In this document: positions 11,795 to 24,374 of the stretch, in pieces
How positions within the stretch are numbered: the stretch's first letter is position 1
Layout: every line of letters starts with the position of its first letter
Assembly (NCBI GenBank): GCA_002269645.1
Contig: NIVC01001948.1
Span: 241,953 to 305,952 of the forward strand
Length of the DNA stretch: 64,000 nucleotides
Origin: Macrostomum lignano
Taxonomy: Eukaryota
Reading direction: 5' to 3'
The notes under the pieces: model-generated
The model's input: only the letters and a program-made list of their open reading frames with translations
Told to the model about the DNA's origin: nothing
Database searches by the model: none
Program-made: the position numbers and the translations under genes

Positions 11795-14700
11795 CAACTG
11801 CTGGACCGGCGTCGTTTCACCAGCTTCTCGGCTGCCGGACTGAACAGAGCAACCTCGGGCGTTGTGCAGCCCTGCGCTCTGGCCCACTGCTCCGCCGTTC
11901 GACCGGTCCGTTCGTCAGTTTTAGACACAGATGCGTGGCCCTCGATGGCCAGTAGCGAAGCGCTTTCGGTGAAGCCGTTCTTAGCGGCAATCAGCATGGC
12001 TGTGAAGCCTTCCTTGTTCACGCGGTCAATGTCGAGACCAAGGCGTCGGAAACATTTGATTAGTATGCCGATGCCAGTGTCGTTGCCAACTCTGGCGCAG
12101 TGCATCAGGGGCGTGTTACCTGCGAATTAATGCATAGGAGAGGGATTGTTTTCATGTGGGAGCTGTGGTAAACCATCCAGGTGATTCAAGTGTGAGCTGT
12201 GGTAAACCATCCAGGTAATTCAAGTGTGAGCTCTGGTAGAGCATCCAGGTGATTCAAGTGTGAGCTGTGGTAAACCATCCAGGTGATTCAAGTGTGAGCT
12301 GTGGTAGAGCATCCAGGTGATTTAAGTGTGAGCTGTGGTAAACCATCCAGGTGATTTAGGTGTGAGCTGTGGTAAACCATCCAGGTGATTCAAGTGTGAG
12401 CTGTGGTAGAGCATCCAGGTGATTTAAGTGTGAGCTGTGGTAAACCATCCAGGTGATTTAAGTGTGAGCTGTGGTAAACCATCCAGGTGATTTAGGTGTG
12501 AGCTGTGGTAAACCATCCAGGTGATTCAAATGTGAGCTGTGGTAAACCATCCAGGTGATTCAAGTGTGAGCTGTGGTAAACCATCCAGGTGATTCAAGTG
12601 TGAGCTCTGGTAGAGCATCCAGTGATTCAAGTGTGAGCTGTGGTAAACCATCAAGGGGATTTAAGTGTGAGCTGTGGTAGACCATCCAGGTGATTCAAGT
12701 GTGAGCTGTGGAAAACCATCCAGGTAATTCAAGTGTGAGCTCTGGTAGAGCATCCAGTGATTCAAGTGTGAACTGGTGATTCAAGTGTGGGCTGTGGTAA
12801 ACCATCCAGGTGATTTAAGTGTGAGCTGGTGATTCAAGTGTGAGCTGTGGTAAACCATCCAGGTGATTCAAGTGTGAGCTGTGGTAGAGCATCCAGGTGA
12901 TTCAAGTGTGAGCTGTGGTAAACCATCCAGGTGATTCAAGTGTGAGCTGTGGTAGAGCATCCAGGTGATTCAAGTGTGAGCTGTGGTAAACCATTCAGGT
13001 GATTTAAGTGTGAGCTGGTGATTCAAGTGTGAGCTGTGGTAAACCATCCAGGTGATTCAAGTGTGAGCTGTGGAAAACCATTCAGGTGATTCAAGTGTGA
13101 GCTGTGGTAAACCATCCAGGTGATTCAAGTGTGAGCTGTGGTAAACCATCCAGGTGATTCAAGTGTGAGCTGTGGTAAACCATCCAGGTGATTTAAGTGT
13201 GAGCTGTGGTAAACCATCCAGGTGATTTAAGTGTGAGCTGTGGTAGAGCAACTAACTCAAATCACTTGGAATTTCTAGACCCTAATTAGAAGTTGAATAC
13301 CCTCTAGTCCAATGGAAACTTCTCCAAATGACAACAAAATTCTAGCTAAGGTGTCTTTAAAAGCACCCTATAAAAAAGCAATTCCATCGCAGTTAATGAC
13401 TCTGCTAATTCCTAAGCTGGAGATGTGACATGACATTGCGTGCCAGGTGAATTCAATTTTTTAAGAGGAGCGCACCCGATTGCCTATAGTTATTTGGGAC
13501 AGGATCACGCATTTACTGACAAATCTCGTTGTAGAATACAGTCCGGCACTTTTTCAAATCAGCCGGATCCGTAGCCTCTCCAATCAGTTGGATCGGTAGC
13601 CTCTCCAATCAGCTAGATCCGTAGCCTCTCCAACCAGCTGGATCGGTAGCCTCTCCAACCAGCTGGATCGGTAGCCTCTCCAATCAGCTGGATCGGTAAC
13701 CTCTCCAATCAGCTGGATCGGTAGCCTCTCCAATCAGTTGGATCGGTAGCCTCTCCAATCAGCTGGATCGGTAGCCTCTCTAATCAGCTGGATCGGTAGC
13801 CACTCCAATCAGCTGGATCGGTAGCCTCTCCAACCAGCTGGATCGGTAGCCTCTCCAATCAGCTGGATCGGTAGCCTCTCTAATCAGCTGGATCAGTAGC
13901 CTCTCCAATCAGCTGGATCGGTAGCCTCTCTAATCAGTTGGATCGGTAGCCTCTCTAATCAGCTGGATCGGTAGCCTCTCCAATCAGCTGGATCGGTAGC
14001 CTCTCCAATCAGCTGGATCGGTAGCCTCTCCAATCAGTTGGATCGGTAGCCTCTCCAATCAGCTGGATCGGTAGCCTCTCTAATCAGCTGGATCGGTAGC
14101 CACTCCAATCAGCTGGATCGGTAGCCTCTCCAACCAGCTGGATCGGTAGCCTCTCCAATCAGCTGGATCGGTAGCCTCTCCAACCAGCTGGATCGGTAGC
14201 CTCTCCTATCAGCTGGATCGGTAGCCTCTCCAACCAGCTGGATCGGTAGCCTCTCCAACCAGCTGGATCGGTAGCCTCTCCAATCAGCTGGATCGGTAGC
14301 CTCTCCAATCAGCTGGATCGGTAGCCTCTCCAATCAGCTGGATCGGTAGCCTCTCCAATCAGTTGGATCGGTAGCCTCTCCAATCAGCTGGATCGGTAGC
14401 CTCTCCAATCAGCTGGATCGGTAGCCTCTCCAATCAGTTGGATCGGTAGCCTCTCCAATCAGCTGGATCGGTAGCCTCTCCAACCAGCTGGATCGGTAGC
14501 CTCTCCAACCAGCTGGATCGGTAGCCTCTCCAACCAGCTGGATCGGTAGCCTCTCTAATCAGCTGGATCGGTAGCCTCTCCAACCAGCTGGATCGGTAGC
14601 CTCTCCAACCAGCTGGATCGGTAGCCTCTCCAACCAGCTGGATCGGTAGCCTCTCCAACCAGCTGGATCGGTAGACTCTCCAATCAGCTGGATCGGTAGC

Positions 14701-17700
14701 CTCTCCAATCAGCTGGATCGGTAGCCTCTCCAATCAGCTGGATCGGTAGCCTCTCCAACCAGCTGGATCGGTAGCCTCTCCAATCAGCTAGATCGGTAGC
14801 CTCTCTAATCAGCTGGATCGGTAGCCTCTCCAATCAGCTGGATCGGTAGCCTCTCCAACCAGCTGGATCGGTAGCCTCTCCAATCAGCTAGATCGGTAGC
14901 CTCTCCAATCAGCTGGATCGGTAGCCTCTCCAATCAGCTGGATCGGTAGCCTCTCCAATCAGCTGGATCGGTAGCCTCTCCAACCAGCTGGATCGGTAGC
15001 CTCTCCAATCAGCTGGATCGGTAGCCTCTCCAATCAGCTGGATCGGTAGCCTCTCCAATCAGCTGGATCGGTAGCCTCTCCAATCAGCTGGATCGGTAGC
15101 CTCTCCAATCAGCTGGATTGGTAGCCTCTCCAATCAGCTGGATCGGTAGCCTCTCCAACCAGCTGGATCGGTAGCCAAATAACCAGACCAATAGCACCTC
15201 ACCGTCCTTATCCGGCAGCTCCGGGTCCACATTGTGACGCACCAGTAGTCGCACAACATCATTATGCCGCATCTCGCAGGCGTAGCTCAGTGCCGTCCTC
15301 CCGGAGTCGTCCTGGTAGTTTGGCTGAGCGCCGTACGCCAGCAGCATCTGCATAATTCTCTGGCGACACTTTTCCTCCTGTAGAAGTTTTTTTGAAGTTT
15401 CAGATGTTTAAGTGGCATTCAAGTGCTTCATTCCTTTTTAATTGTTTTATCAAATCCAGTTTGTACGGAAAATCCAGTTTACATGTACACAAAATATAGG
15501 GGCGCCAGCACCAGGGGCGCCAGCACCAGGGGGTGCGCCAAATCTACTGCAAGGAGGCGCCAAAGCCACTGCAAGGAGGCGCCAAATCTACTGCAAGGAG
15601 GCGCCAAAGCCACTGCAAGGAGGCGCCAAATCTACTGCAAGGAGGCGCCAAAGCCACTGCAAGGAGCGCCAAAGCCACTGCAAGGGGCGCCAAAGCCACT
15701 GCAAGGGGCGCCAAAGCCACTGCAAGGGGCACCAAGGCCACTGCAAAGGGCGCACTAAAGCTAGTCAGCGCCAGGTGAAGGGAACAGTGAGTTTTTCAAA
15801 TAAAATTTTTGTAATAGTTCAAGTTTCCTTGAAAAGTCAACCAGTAAGAAATTGACACCTTTGAGCAGTATACTCAAGCCGGGTGAAAATTCAAAGTTTA
15901 ACTTTGACTTGCCTACATCACAATAGCAATTGAAATTGTCAATGTCGAGATTTACATGTAGAAATCGTTGATAAAATCAATTAAGACAGAGGCGAAACTG
16001 CAGGTAGATGCTGACTGACACATTCATCAACCCTTTCTGCACTACGAGAGCGTATTAGGAGTTCACAGAGAGCTTCTTAGCTGATCACCTGTGACAGGTG
16101 TGGTGAGGGAGAGGAACTAAAGTACACGTTGACAGGAGATTTCTACAAAAAATGGAGAAAAAATCTGAGATGAAGGAACCGCGTCAGCTGAGCAGGATGA
16201 CACGGGGCTCACGGATGCTACAGGCTTAATGAGCGACAGGCAGGTGAACTCCTGGTCAGCTTACAGTTGCACTCTTGCATGCAAGCAACAGTATAGGCTG
16301 ATCCGTTCGACTCAAATTGCTTGTTTTTCATGGCCTATCATTTTTCTGCTGGCAATTTTTTGATCAATTTTTTGGAGCAAATGAGGAAACATGTGAAAGG
16401 ATGGGGAGAGGAGGGGGGAAGGCAGAAGAGGGGGAGAAGGGAGAGAAGAAGAGGAGGGGAGAGAAGGGGGAGAAGGGAGAGGAGGGGGAGAAGGGAGAGA
16501 AGGGGAGGAGGGGGAGAAGGGAGAGGAGGGGGAGAAGGGAGAGGAGGGGGAAAAGGGAGAGGAGGGGGAGAAGGGAGAGGAGGGGAGAGAAGGTAGAGGA
16601 GGGGGAGAAGGGAGAGAAGGGGGAGGATAGGGAGAAGGGAGAAAAGGGGGAGAAGGGAGAGGAGGGGGAGAAGGGAGAGGAGGAGGAGAAGGGAGAGGAG
16701 GGGGAGAAGGGAGAGAAGGGGGAGAAGGGAGAAAAGGGGTAGAAGGGAGAGGAGGGGGAGAAGGGAGAGAAGGGGAGAAGGGGGAGGAGGGGGAGAAGGG
16801 AGAGGAGGGGAGAGGAGGGGGAGAAGGGAGAGAAGGGGGAGGGGGAAGGGAGAGGAGGGGGAGGAGGGGAGAAGGGAGAGGAGGGGAGAGGAGGGGGAGA
16901 AGGGGGAGAAGGGAGAGGAGGGGGAGAAGGGAGAGGAGAGGGAGAAGGGAGAGAAGGGGGAGAATTGGGAGAGGAGGGGGAGAAGGGAGAGGAGGGGGAG
17001 GAGGGGAGAAGGGAGAGGAGGGGGAGGAGGGGGAGAAGGGAGAGAAGGGGAGGAGGGGGAGAAGGGAGAGGAGGGGGAGGAGGGGGAGAAGGGAGAGGAG
17101 GGGAGAGGAGGGGGAGAAGGGAGAGAAGGGGGGAGGGGGAGAAGGGAGAGGAGGGGGAGAAGGGAGAGAAGGGAGAGAAGGGGAAGGAGGGGGAGAAGGG
17201 AGAGGAGAGGGAGAAGGGAGAGAAGAGGGAGAAGGGAGAGGAGAGGTCAGATGGGAAAGGGAGAGGAGAAGAGGATCGGAGAAGTGAGGAAAAGAGGAAC
17301 TGGGAGAAATTTCAGGTACATGTAAGTCAATAGAGATGGGCAAACTACAAGCGTGGGATGAAGCAAGCATCAGACTGTGCATGGATTATGTACACAAAGC
17401 ATCTCCAGCAGGCTGCATAGTCTGAGTAAACGCTACGCATTCCGGATAGAGAAATGCAAATAAAAAGAGCTGTGTGATGAGACAGGGTCAGAAACTGCGG
17501 CAAGGGCCTGGCGGGTTAGTGGGAGAAACCAGCTGAGAACATCGGGACATGCAAGACGAGGCTAAACGCAATCAGAGAACATGGAAGCTACTTGTAGCGC
17601 ATTGCAATCAGATATGCTTGTGGCTATAGATGCAGGACAGCCTGCAACAGTGCAGTGTACTCGTATAATCCACTTGTTTATTGTGAGCATTTGGCCACAC

Positions 17701-18834
17701 GTAGATGAATTCAGTTTATAGTTAAACAAACTTTGAATAGAATTGTAATATTGCTTGTGTAAGAAGCCCGTAAATCCTTGTTCCTTTATTTGGCACCAAG
17801 GGGCGCCAGTACCAAGTGGCGCCAGCACCAAGGGGCGCCAGCACCAAGGGGCGCCAGCACCAAGTGGCGCCAGCACTAAGTGGCGCCAGCACCAAGTGGC
17901 GCCATCACCAAGGGGCGCCAGCACCAAGGGGCGCCAGCACCAAGGGGCGCCAGCACCAAGGGGCGCCAGCACCAAGGGGCGCCAGCACCAAGGGGCGCCA
18001 GCACCAAGGGGCGCCAGCACCAAGGGGCGCCAGCACCAAGGGGCGCCAGCACCAAGGGGCGCCAGCACCAAGGGGCGCCAGCACCAGGGGCGCCATCACA
18101 AGGGGCGCCAGCACCAAGGGGCGCCAGCACCAAGGGGCGCCAGCACCAAGGGGCGCCAGCACCAAGGGGCGCCAGCACCAAGGGGCGCCAGCACCAAGGG
18201 GCGCCAGCACCAAGGGGCGCCAGCACCAAGGGGCGCCAGCACCAAGGGGCGCCAGCACCAAGGGGCGCCAGCACCAAGGGGCGCCAGCACCAAGGGGCGC
18301 CAGCACCAAGGGGCGCCAGCACCAAGGGGCGCCAGCACCAAGGGGCGCCAGCACCAAGGGGCGCCAGCACCAAGGGGCGCCAGCACCAAGGGGCGCCAGC
18401 ACCAAGGGGCGCCAGCACCAAGGGGCGCCAGCACCAAGGAGCGCCAGCACCAGGGGCGCCAGCACCAAGGGATGCTAGCATAATCCCAAAGGGAACGCTG
18501 ACAACCCTTAATTGTAGCATAGGTATGCAGCCACCACCATCCGGAATGCAATGCTTGCGCTCACCGTAATATACACAGATCTAATTAGCGGCGTTTTGCC
18601 TTTGAAATCGCGAAAATTTGTCGCCAACCCGACGTCGCCTTCGCAAGCTTCCAATATAAATTTGGCCAGGTGGCTCTTGCCGCGATTAACCGCGTCAAGG
18701 AGCGCATTGGCCGCGGTCTCCATGCCGGGCTGATCGCGGGCGGTCTTTGCAGCCGAGCTCTGCAGCTGCTGCTGAGGCAGAGCTGAAACTTTTCCTGCAG
18801 CCTTCATCTGGCTCTGAGGATAGGAGCGGTTCAT
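11230..18834 (-). CDS. ANKRD63: Ankyrin repeat protein, ANKRD63-like, 444 aa; exons 18565-18834, 15203-15377, 11230-12119
   Basis: LLDAVNRGKSHLAKFILEA, GKTPLI, GRTALSYAC, GNTPLMHCA, FRRLGLDIDRVNKEGFTAM resemble the ANKRD63 N-terminus. GT-AG introns, phases 0 and 1, total 1335 nt; low-complexity C-terminal tail with 17 Gln. Confidence 0.8.
11743..11793 (-). repeat. Coding (CAG)16CAA polyglutamine tract
   Basis: Pure ctg run on the + strand, in frame in the last ANKRD63-like exon. Confidence 0.95.
12157..13250. repeat. 34-bp minisatellite (GTGATTCAAGTGTGAGCTGTGGTAAACCATCCAG), intronic
   Basis: About 30 head-to-tail units with no unique spacers. Confidence 0.95.
13559..15176. repeat. 25-bp minisatellite (CAGCTGGATCGGTAGCCTCTCCAAT), intronic
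   Basis: About 65 near-identical units running up to ~25 nt from the exon-2 donor. Confidence 0.97.
15498..15760. repeat. GGCGCCA-core repeats (16-bp then 22/21-bp CAAGGAGGCGCCAAAGCCACTG)
   Basis: Tandem units visible; they account for ORFs 15423-15855. Confidence 0.9.
16404..17245. repeat. ~840-bp polypurine (G/A) tract of ~18-bp GGGGGAGAAGGGAGAGGA units
   Basis: The + strand is almost exclusively G and A. Confidence 0.95.
17793..18473. repeat. 16-bp minisatellite (CAAGGGGCGCCAGCAC)
   Basis: About 42 units; accounts for ORFs 17562-18569. Confidence 0.97.
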
Positions 18835-19096
18835 CCTTGGGAATCCAGGTATTTACCTCTCTGCTGTAAACGCTTTCGGGAAAGGCGATCGCGGACAACG
18901 AGCTTTAAACCGTATTTTCTGTTCAAGAAACATTTATGTAGCTGTTTCTGCTCTCGGGTGCATAGCCAATCGGGCATCAGATGGGAAGCAGTCGGAACTT
19001 CTCTGGGAATTTTCTAGCCAAGGAGTCCAGCAACTAGAACCTGGACTAGCGCATCAACTGATTTTATACAAATGGGTTATGAAAAAGAGTTAGCCT

Positions 19097-19307
19097 GTTC
19101 AGTCCAAGGACTGGGGGGGGGTCGCCACATACGCTCAATTACCCCCAGCTAATGCTGACCTCCATTGTACAACTGGGTGAACTGAGGCAATGCAGAGTTA
19201 AGCGTCTTGCTCAAGGACACAAATTGTTCCGATCTTGAGTCGTGAATCGAACCCACGACCTTCAAGACGCGAGTCCGACGCTCTGACCATTAAAGGGTTC
19301 AACCGCC
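19097..19307 (-). mobile_element. tRNA-derived SINE with CORE-like body, copy 1
   Basis: Minus strand has an A-box-like TAATGGTCAGAGC and B box GTTCGATTC; body CTGGGTGAACTGAGGC..AGAGTTAAG..CTTGCTCAAGGACAC resembles the MIR/CORE domain; paralogous to 20405-20609. Confidence 0.75.
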
Positions 19308-19723
19308 TGTAAATCCATGGTCTGGCTTCGGGTCTCCTTGACTACATTTAGACTGACTGCATGCATGGCCCAACCCCGGAGAGAAAGATTTCCTTGATGT
19401 GTTCACTTCAGCCTGCTAATTGGCAATTAACTTACAGTCGAAAAATTGCGTGCGCGTTTCTAATCATCGAACTGGAGCAAAAGTACACTTACTAAAAAGT
19501 TAATTCTGAATCTTAGGATTATTGTGCTGAACTTTCTAAATGCTACTACGAGAGGGAGCTTGTTTTCAATGGTTAAACATTTTTATATTACGTACATGTA
19601 ACGGTGCATGCAAACGTAGTTTAGTGCATGCTAGACAGATAACACAGTAAAATAGACAAGCCCACTTGGTAGTACAAAAGAAACTCAGAGAGTAGCTTCT
19701 CAAGGGCGATGGTAGGTTCTCAG

Positions 19724-20297
19724 GGTGCCACGGTAGATTCTTAAGGAGCCACGGTAGATTCTTAAGGAGCCACTAGATTCTTAAGGAGCCACGGTAGATT
19801 CTTAAGGAGCCACGGTAGATTCTTAAGGAGCCACGGTAGATTCTTAAGGAGTCACGGTAGATTCTTAAGGAGCCACGGTAGATTCTTAAGGAGTCACGGT
19901 AGATTCTTAAGGAGCCATGGACCCACGGTAGATTATTAAGGAGCCACAGTAGATTCTGTAAGGTGCCACGGTAGATTCTTAAGGAGCCACGGTAGATTCT
20001 TAAGGAGCCACAGTAGATTCTTAAGGAGCCACGGTAGATTCTTAAGGAGCCACAGTAGATTCTGTAAGGTGCCACGGTAGATTCTTAAGGAGCCACGGTA
20101 GATTATTAAGGTGCCACAGTAGATTCTTAAGGAGCCACGGTAGATTCTTAAGGAGCCACGGTAGATTCTTAAGGAGCCACGGTAGATTCTTAAGGAGCCA
20201 CCGTAGATTCTTTAAGGTTCCACGGTAGATTCTTAAGGAGCCACGGTAGATTCTTAAGGAGCCACGGTAGATTCTTAAGGAGCCACAGTATAGATTC
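19724..20297. repeat. 21-bp minisatellite (GGTAGATTCTTAAGGAGCCAC)
   Basis: About 27 units. Confidence 0.95.
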
Positions 20298-20404
20298 CAG
20301 AGCAGAATTAAACGACCCCTGAACGTAGTGTAGTTTCTTTTTAGTTTTTACATGTGTGTTTTATTTTTGTGCAAAATTTAATAGCGATGATTTCAATAAC
20401 GGCG

Positions 20405-20609
20405 GTTCAGTCCAAGGAGTGGGGGTCGCCACACACACCCTCAATTACCCCAACTAATGCTGGCACCCATTTTACAGCTGGGTGAATTGAAGCAATGAAG
20501 AGTTAAGTGTCCTACTCAAGGGACATAAATTGTCCGAGAGAGACGGGAATCGAACTCCCGACCTTTCAGTGGTGAGTCAGACGCTCTGACCACTAAAAGC
20601 TACAACGCC
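20405..20609 (-). mobile_element. tRNA-derived SINE with CORE-like body, copy 2
   Basis: Minus strand GGCGTTGTAGC..TAGTGGTCAGAGC..GGGAGTTCGATTCCC head; CCCATTTTACAGCTGGGTGAATTGAAGC..GAGTTAAGTG CORE-like segment; same GTTCAGTCCAAGGA tail as copy 1. Confidence 0.78.
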
Positions 20610-21865
20610 GTAAAGACGCGCTCTATTACTGCAGCCTGTACTTGTAAGGACTAGAATTTGTTGAAAAGTTTTAGGTTAGAAATTAAGTTTGTAAACTTTC
20701 TTGGACAATTTCACGAATGAATAAATATCAATAAAGCTAGGGAGCCCACAAGTAACGCTCAAAACCTGTAAAACTTTATTTCGAATAAACATTCTTTTAA
20801 AGAGCAATCCCGTAACACATGGATATTGCTCAATATTACTTATAATAGTATAATTTTTATTATGTAACAATCAATGACAAAGTCAATAACGCTCGTACTT
20901 GGAACTTAGTGTCTGGATCATAATTAGTGCATCTCTGTATCGCATCTACTACTGCTAATAGCAATTTCAAGTTTTTTTACTTGTTAAATTAACAAAACTT
21001 TGACAACGACCCACACAAAGCAATTAACAAAGTTTGATAGGAAATGTCTCGTGAAACATTACGGAATGATAAAAATATACATCTTAATACTGCAATATAT
21101 TTTTAATAGATAGTAATAAACAATATCCAGAAGAATTAAAACAAGCCAGATGAAAATCATATTGCTAGATGCATAAAATGAACAATAAAACAAGGCAAGG
21201 CACATATTGGTTTCAGTTCACAGCGAGGGATCACAATAAAATTTATGACTAATAATCTAGCTAGTTAAGGTGCTTTGACCTTCAATTGTCTAGTGCAAAA
21301 GAAAAGTACGACAGTACCTAAAAATGATAAAATCTTTGGTTTTATCACCAGACCAAAGGAATCGACCGAATTGGAAATTAAATAAAGCTATTGGGCTCAT
21401 TATTTATGCAATAATTATGCAATAGTGAGCAAAGAAGATATCATAACTCGTAAATGTTTATTCGTTTTTTTATTAACAGCTAAGCTGTTTTAAATAACAG
21501 AGCTATTGCACACAATCGGCATAAAATACTGGATTGCAGACCACCGTGCAATGAAGTAATCGCAACCACTATTTGACCTTCAATTGTCCACAATTGGCAC
21601 CGCAGCACCGCGGTCTGGCGCGCCGCTCTGATGTACCTGCTTGCCAGCGACCCAGGCTCTGCTTGTGCAATTAAAGCCATAGAAGTGTACACGTTTAACT
21701 ATAAAATAAAGTCATAGGGCCACTGTACACTCCTGTGTGCCTGCTCAGGGGAGTCGGCGGAATGGGCAGTAATGCCTCTCGCCGCTTAAAGTGCGTCAGG
21801 GTGCACATAGCCCTTGCCTATCTATATAACTAAATTAACACCGATCCTATTTGACCTTCAACTGT

Positions 21866-24264
21866 TCACCTGTCGGTTTTATCCGCCCCAGTAGCACCAG
21901 AAGAATCCGCCGACACAAGCGCCATAGCGGCAGTATAAACGCTAGTAAAAGAATAGCCTTCAGCTCCGAGCATGTGGCTATCGTCTAGAAAGTACTCAAT
22001 GTACTTTAAATGGCAGAGCAGAGCCGGCTGGCCGGAGGTGGCCACAACGAATGCCAGCACGGGCACCAGATCGTCGGCGCCGATTTCGCCGGCCCCGGCG
22101 GCCGATCGCATCGCCGCTAAGGCGCTGTTCAGAGTGTCCTGCAACAGTTGGCACTTTGCCAAAGGCGTACCAGGCGAGGCGCACAGTCGGCGCAGTAGGT
22201 CGCGCGATTCCGACAACGGCGCTAAATCGGTTGTTAAACTGTCGAATCGTTGACCGACGCCGCACAGTTTAGCAACGGATTCTAACTGAGAGGTGACCTG
22301 ACAGTCTGCCTGTTTGTCCCCTGCTACTTCGATCATGACAGCGGCCAGTCTGCTGAGATGAGGCCGCAGTACGATGGCCAGTCGGGCCAGGGCGCACGAC
22401 TCCACCCGGGGGGAGAGCAGGCGGCCAGACAGCAGCGCGGAGCATGCGGCCACCTCGTGACTGGCTAATCCGCCATCGCTGCCGCCGCCGCCGCAGAGAA
22501 GACAGGCGGCCAGAGCCAGCCGACGCAACAGACGACAGGCGACGCGGCCGACTCTGGCTGAGGAATCGTCGCGATCGGCGTCAAGCAGCAGACTGTCCGT
22601 CAGGCTCAATAGTTCAACGTCGGGAGCCTCGACAGAGTCGGCAGGGGTTGGCGGCGCTACGGACAGCCGATTGGCCAGCCGGTCGGAGAATGCGGCAATA
22701 AAAGCAGCCAGTGGGTGGTCGGGAATGGACAGCACGTACTGCAGGCGGGCAGGCGGCTGGCCGGCGGATTTCTGGTACAGCTGATCCCGGTACAGCACCA
22801 GGTAGTCGAACTCGCTGCACCGGCAGTACAGGGTGCGCAGCTCGGCGGCATCGATGGCCTTTTCCTTGAAGGGGGTGGGGGCACCGAATCTTATCGCCTC
22901 TGACACTGAATCGTATCGCCTCTGACACCGAATCTGATCGCCTCTGACACCGAATCTGATCGCCTCTGACACTGAATCTTATCGCCTCTGACACCGAATC
23001 TTATCGCCTCTGACACTGAATCTTATCCCCTCTGACACTGAATCTTATCGCCTCTGACACCGAATCTTATCGCCTCTGACACCGAATCTTATCGCCTCTG
23101 ACACTGAATCTTATCGCCTCTGACACCGAATCTTATCGCCTCTGACAACGAATCTTATCGCCTCTGACACCGAATCTCAGCACACTTGACACCGAATCTT
23201 ATCGTCTCTGACACCGAATCTCAGCACACCTGACACCAAATCTTATGACACCTGACACCGAATCTCAGCACACCTGACACCGAATCTGATCACACCTGAC
23301 ACCGAAGCTCATCACACCTGACACCGAATCTGATCACACCTGGCACCGAATCTCATCACACCTGACACCGAATCTCATCACACCTGACACCGAAGCTCAT
23401 CACACCTGACACCGAATCTGATCACACCTGACACCGAATCTGATCACACCTGACACCGAATCTCATCACACCTGACACCGAATCTGATCACACCTGACAC
23501 CGAATCTCATCACACCTGACACCGAATCTTATCCTAGCAATAATTATCAAACACTGACTGACACAAAGGAAAATATCACAGAATCCTTAAAGCCAAACCT
23601 CATCAGACTCCACAGGTCCGTCATTATATTCGAATACCTCCGTATGCAGCTGAAACAGGCGGCTACAGTCGGTCCGTTTAGCCAGCAGATCATCCTGCAG
23701 AGCCTGTTCAAAAGCCGCCTGTTTCGGCTTAGCCAACTGCAAATTCTCTTCTATTCGGCGTTGCAAAGCCAGGTGTAAATTAACCCGGCGTGGGTCACCT
23801 TTGGGCAGGGCGCTGGTCCTAGCCAGATGGGCGCTGTAGAGCCGCCTGTTCAGCTCCATCGCTTCTTGCATGGGGGATTTACGCGGACCAAGATAGGCTG
23901 GAGCTGGAGGAAGTGGAGAAGAGGCAGTACCCGCAAGCTGCGCCGGAGTCTGGGCCGCTGCTTGATGAGGCGGCGGCTTACCCGGTTGCTGGGGTGTCCG
24001 ATTACCAGGAGGGGCGGCATTTAATAACGCGTCGCTTCGTTCTAAACACAATTTCATCAATCGCATCAACTTCCGCTGCTCATCCAACTGTTGAGCTGAT
24101 AATTGAGCAACTGGGACAGCCTGAGAGGCGGCAGCAGCAGCTGAAGCAACAGCCGCAGCCAGGACCTGCTGCATGCAGGCTAAATAAGGGAAATAGCATC
24201 GTTCGCTTTGGCCTTGTTCGTCCTGACGGAGAACGTCTAGGACTGCCGTCACGGCCGTCTGTGA
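21866..24264 (-). CDS. VPS9D1: VPS9 domain-containing protein 1; exons 23599-24264 and 21866-22864; start codon not found in the genome
   Basis: N-terminal RKLMRLMKLCLERS, LALQRRIEENLQLAK, VLSIPDHPLA and the VPS9 core IGADDLVPVLAFVV..LGAEGYSFTS match VPS9D1; phase-0 GT-AG intron; acceptor CTGCAG|TCA at 24264 with an in-frame TAA immediately upstream. Confidence 0.88.
22882..23533. repeat. 22-bp minisatellite (CTGACACCGAATCTTATCGCCT grading into CTGACACCGAATCTCATCACAC) in the VPS9D1 intron
   Basis: About 30 units in two subtype blocks. Confidence 0.95.
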
Positions 24265-24374
24265 CTGCAGCGGAATTTTTTAATCAAATCAAAATTTGCG
24301 GTATAATAAGTTATTCTTTTACGCCAATAATAGTTCCAATCCAAAGAGCACTGCATCTTGAGAACCTTTCCGGG

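Noticed and set aside
11381-12130. Plus-strand 249-aa ORF with poly-Cys, and other antisense ORFs over GC-rich exons
   Set aside because: These are shadows of real minus-strand exons; poly-Cys is the reverse of the CAG tract.
14109-18569. Long repetitive ORFs (WLERLPIQL, GAPAPRGAST, Pro/Glu-rich) as proteins
   Set aside because: They are translations of minisatellites and the G/A tract inside ANKRD63 introns. The same applies to ORFs at 35218-36413, 42711-43423, 45974-46632, 49872-50591 and 53773-54546.
19240-20609. tRNA genes
   Set aside because: A/B boxes are present but there is no complete cloverleaf or acceptor stem, and both run into a shared SINE body.
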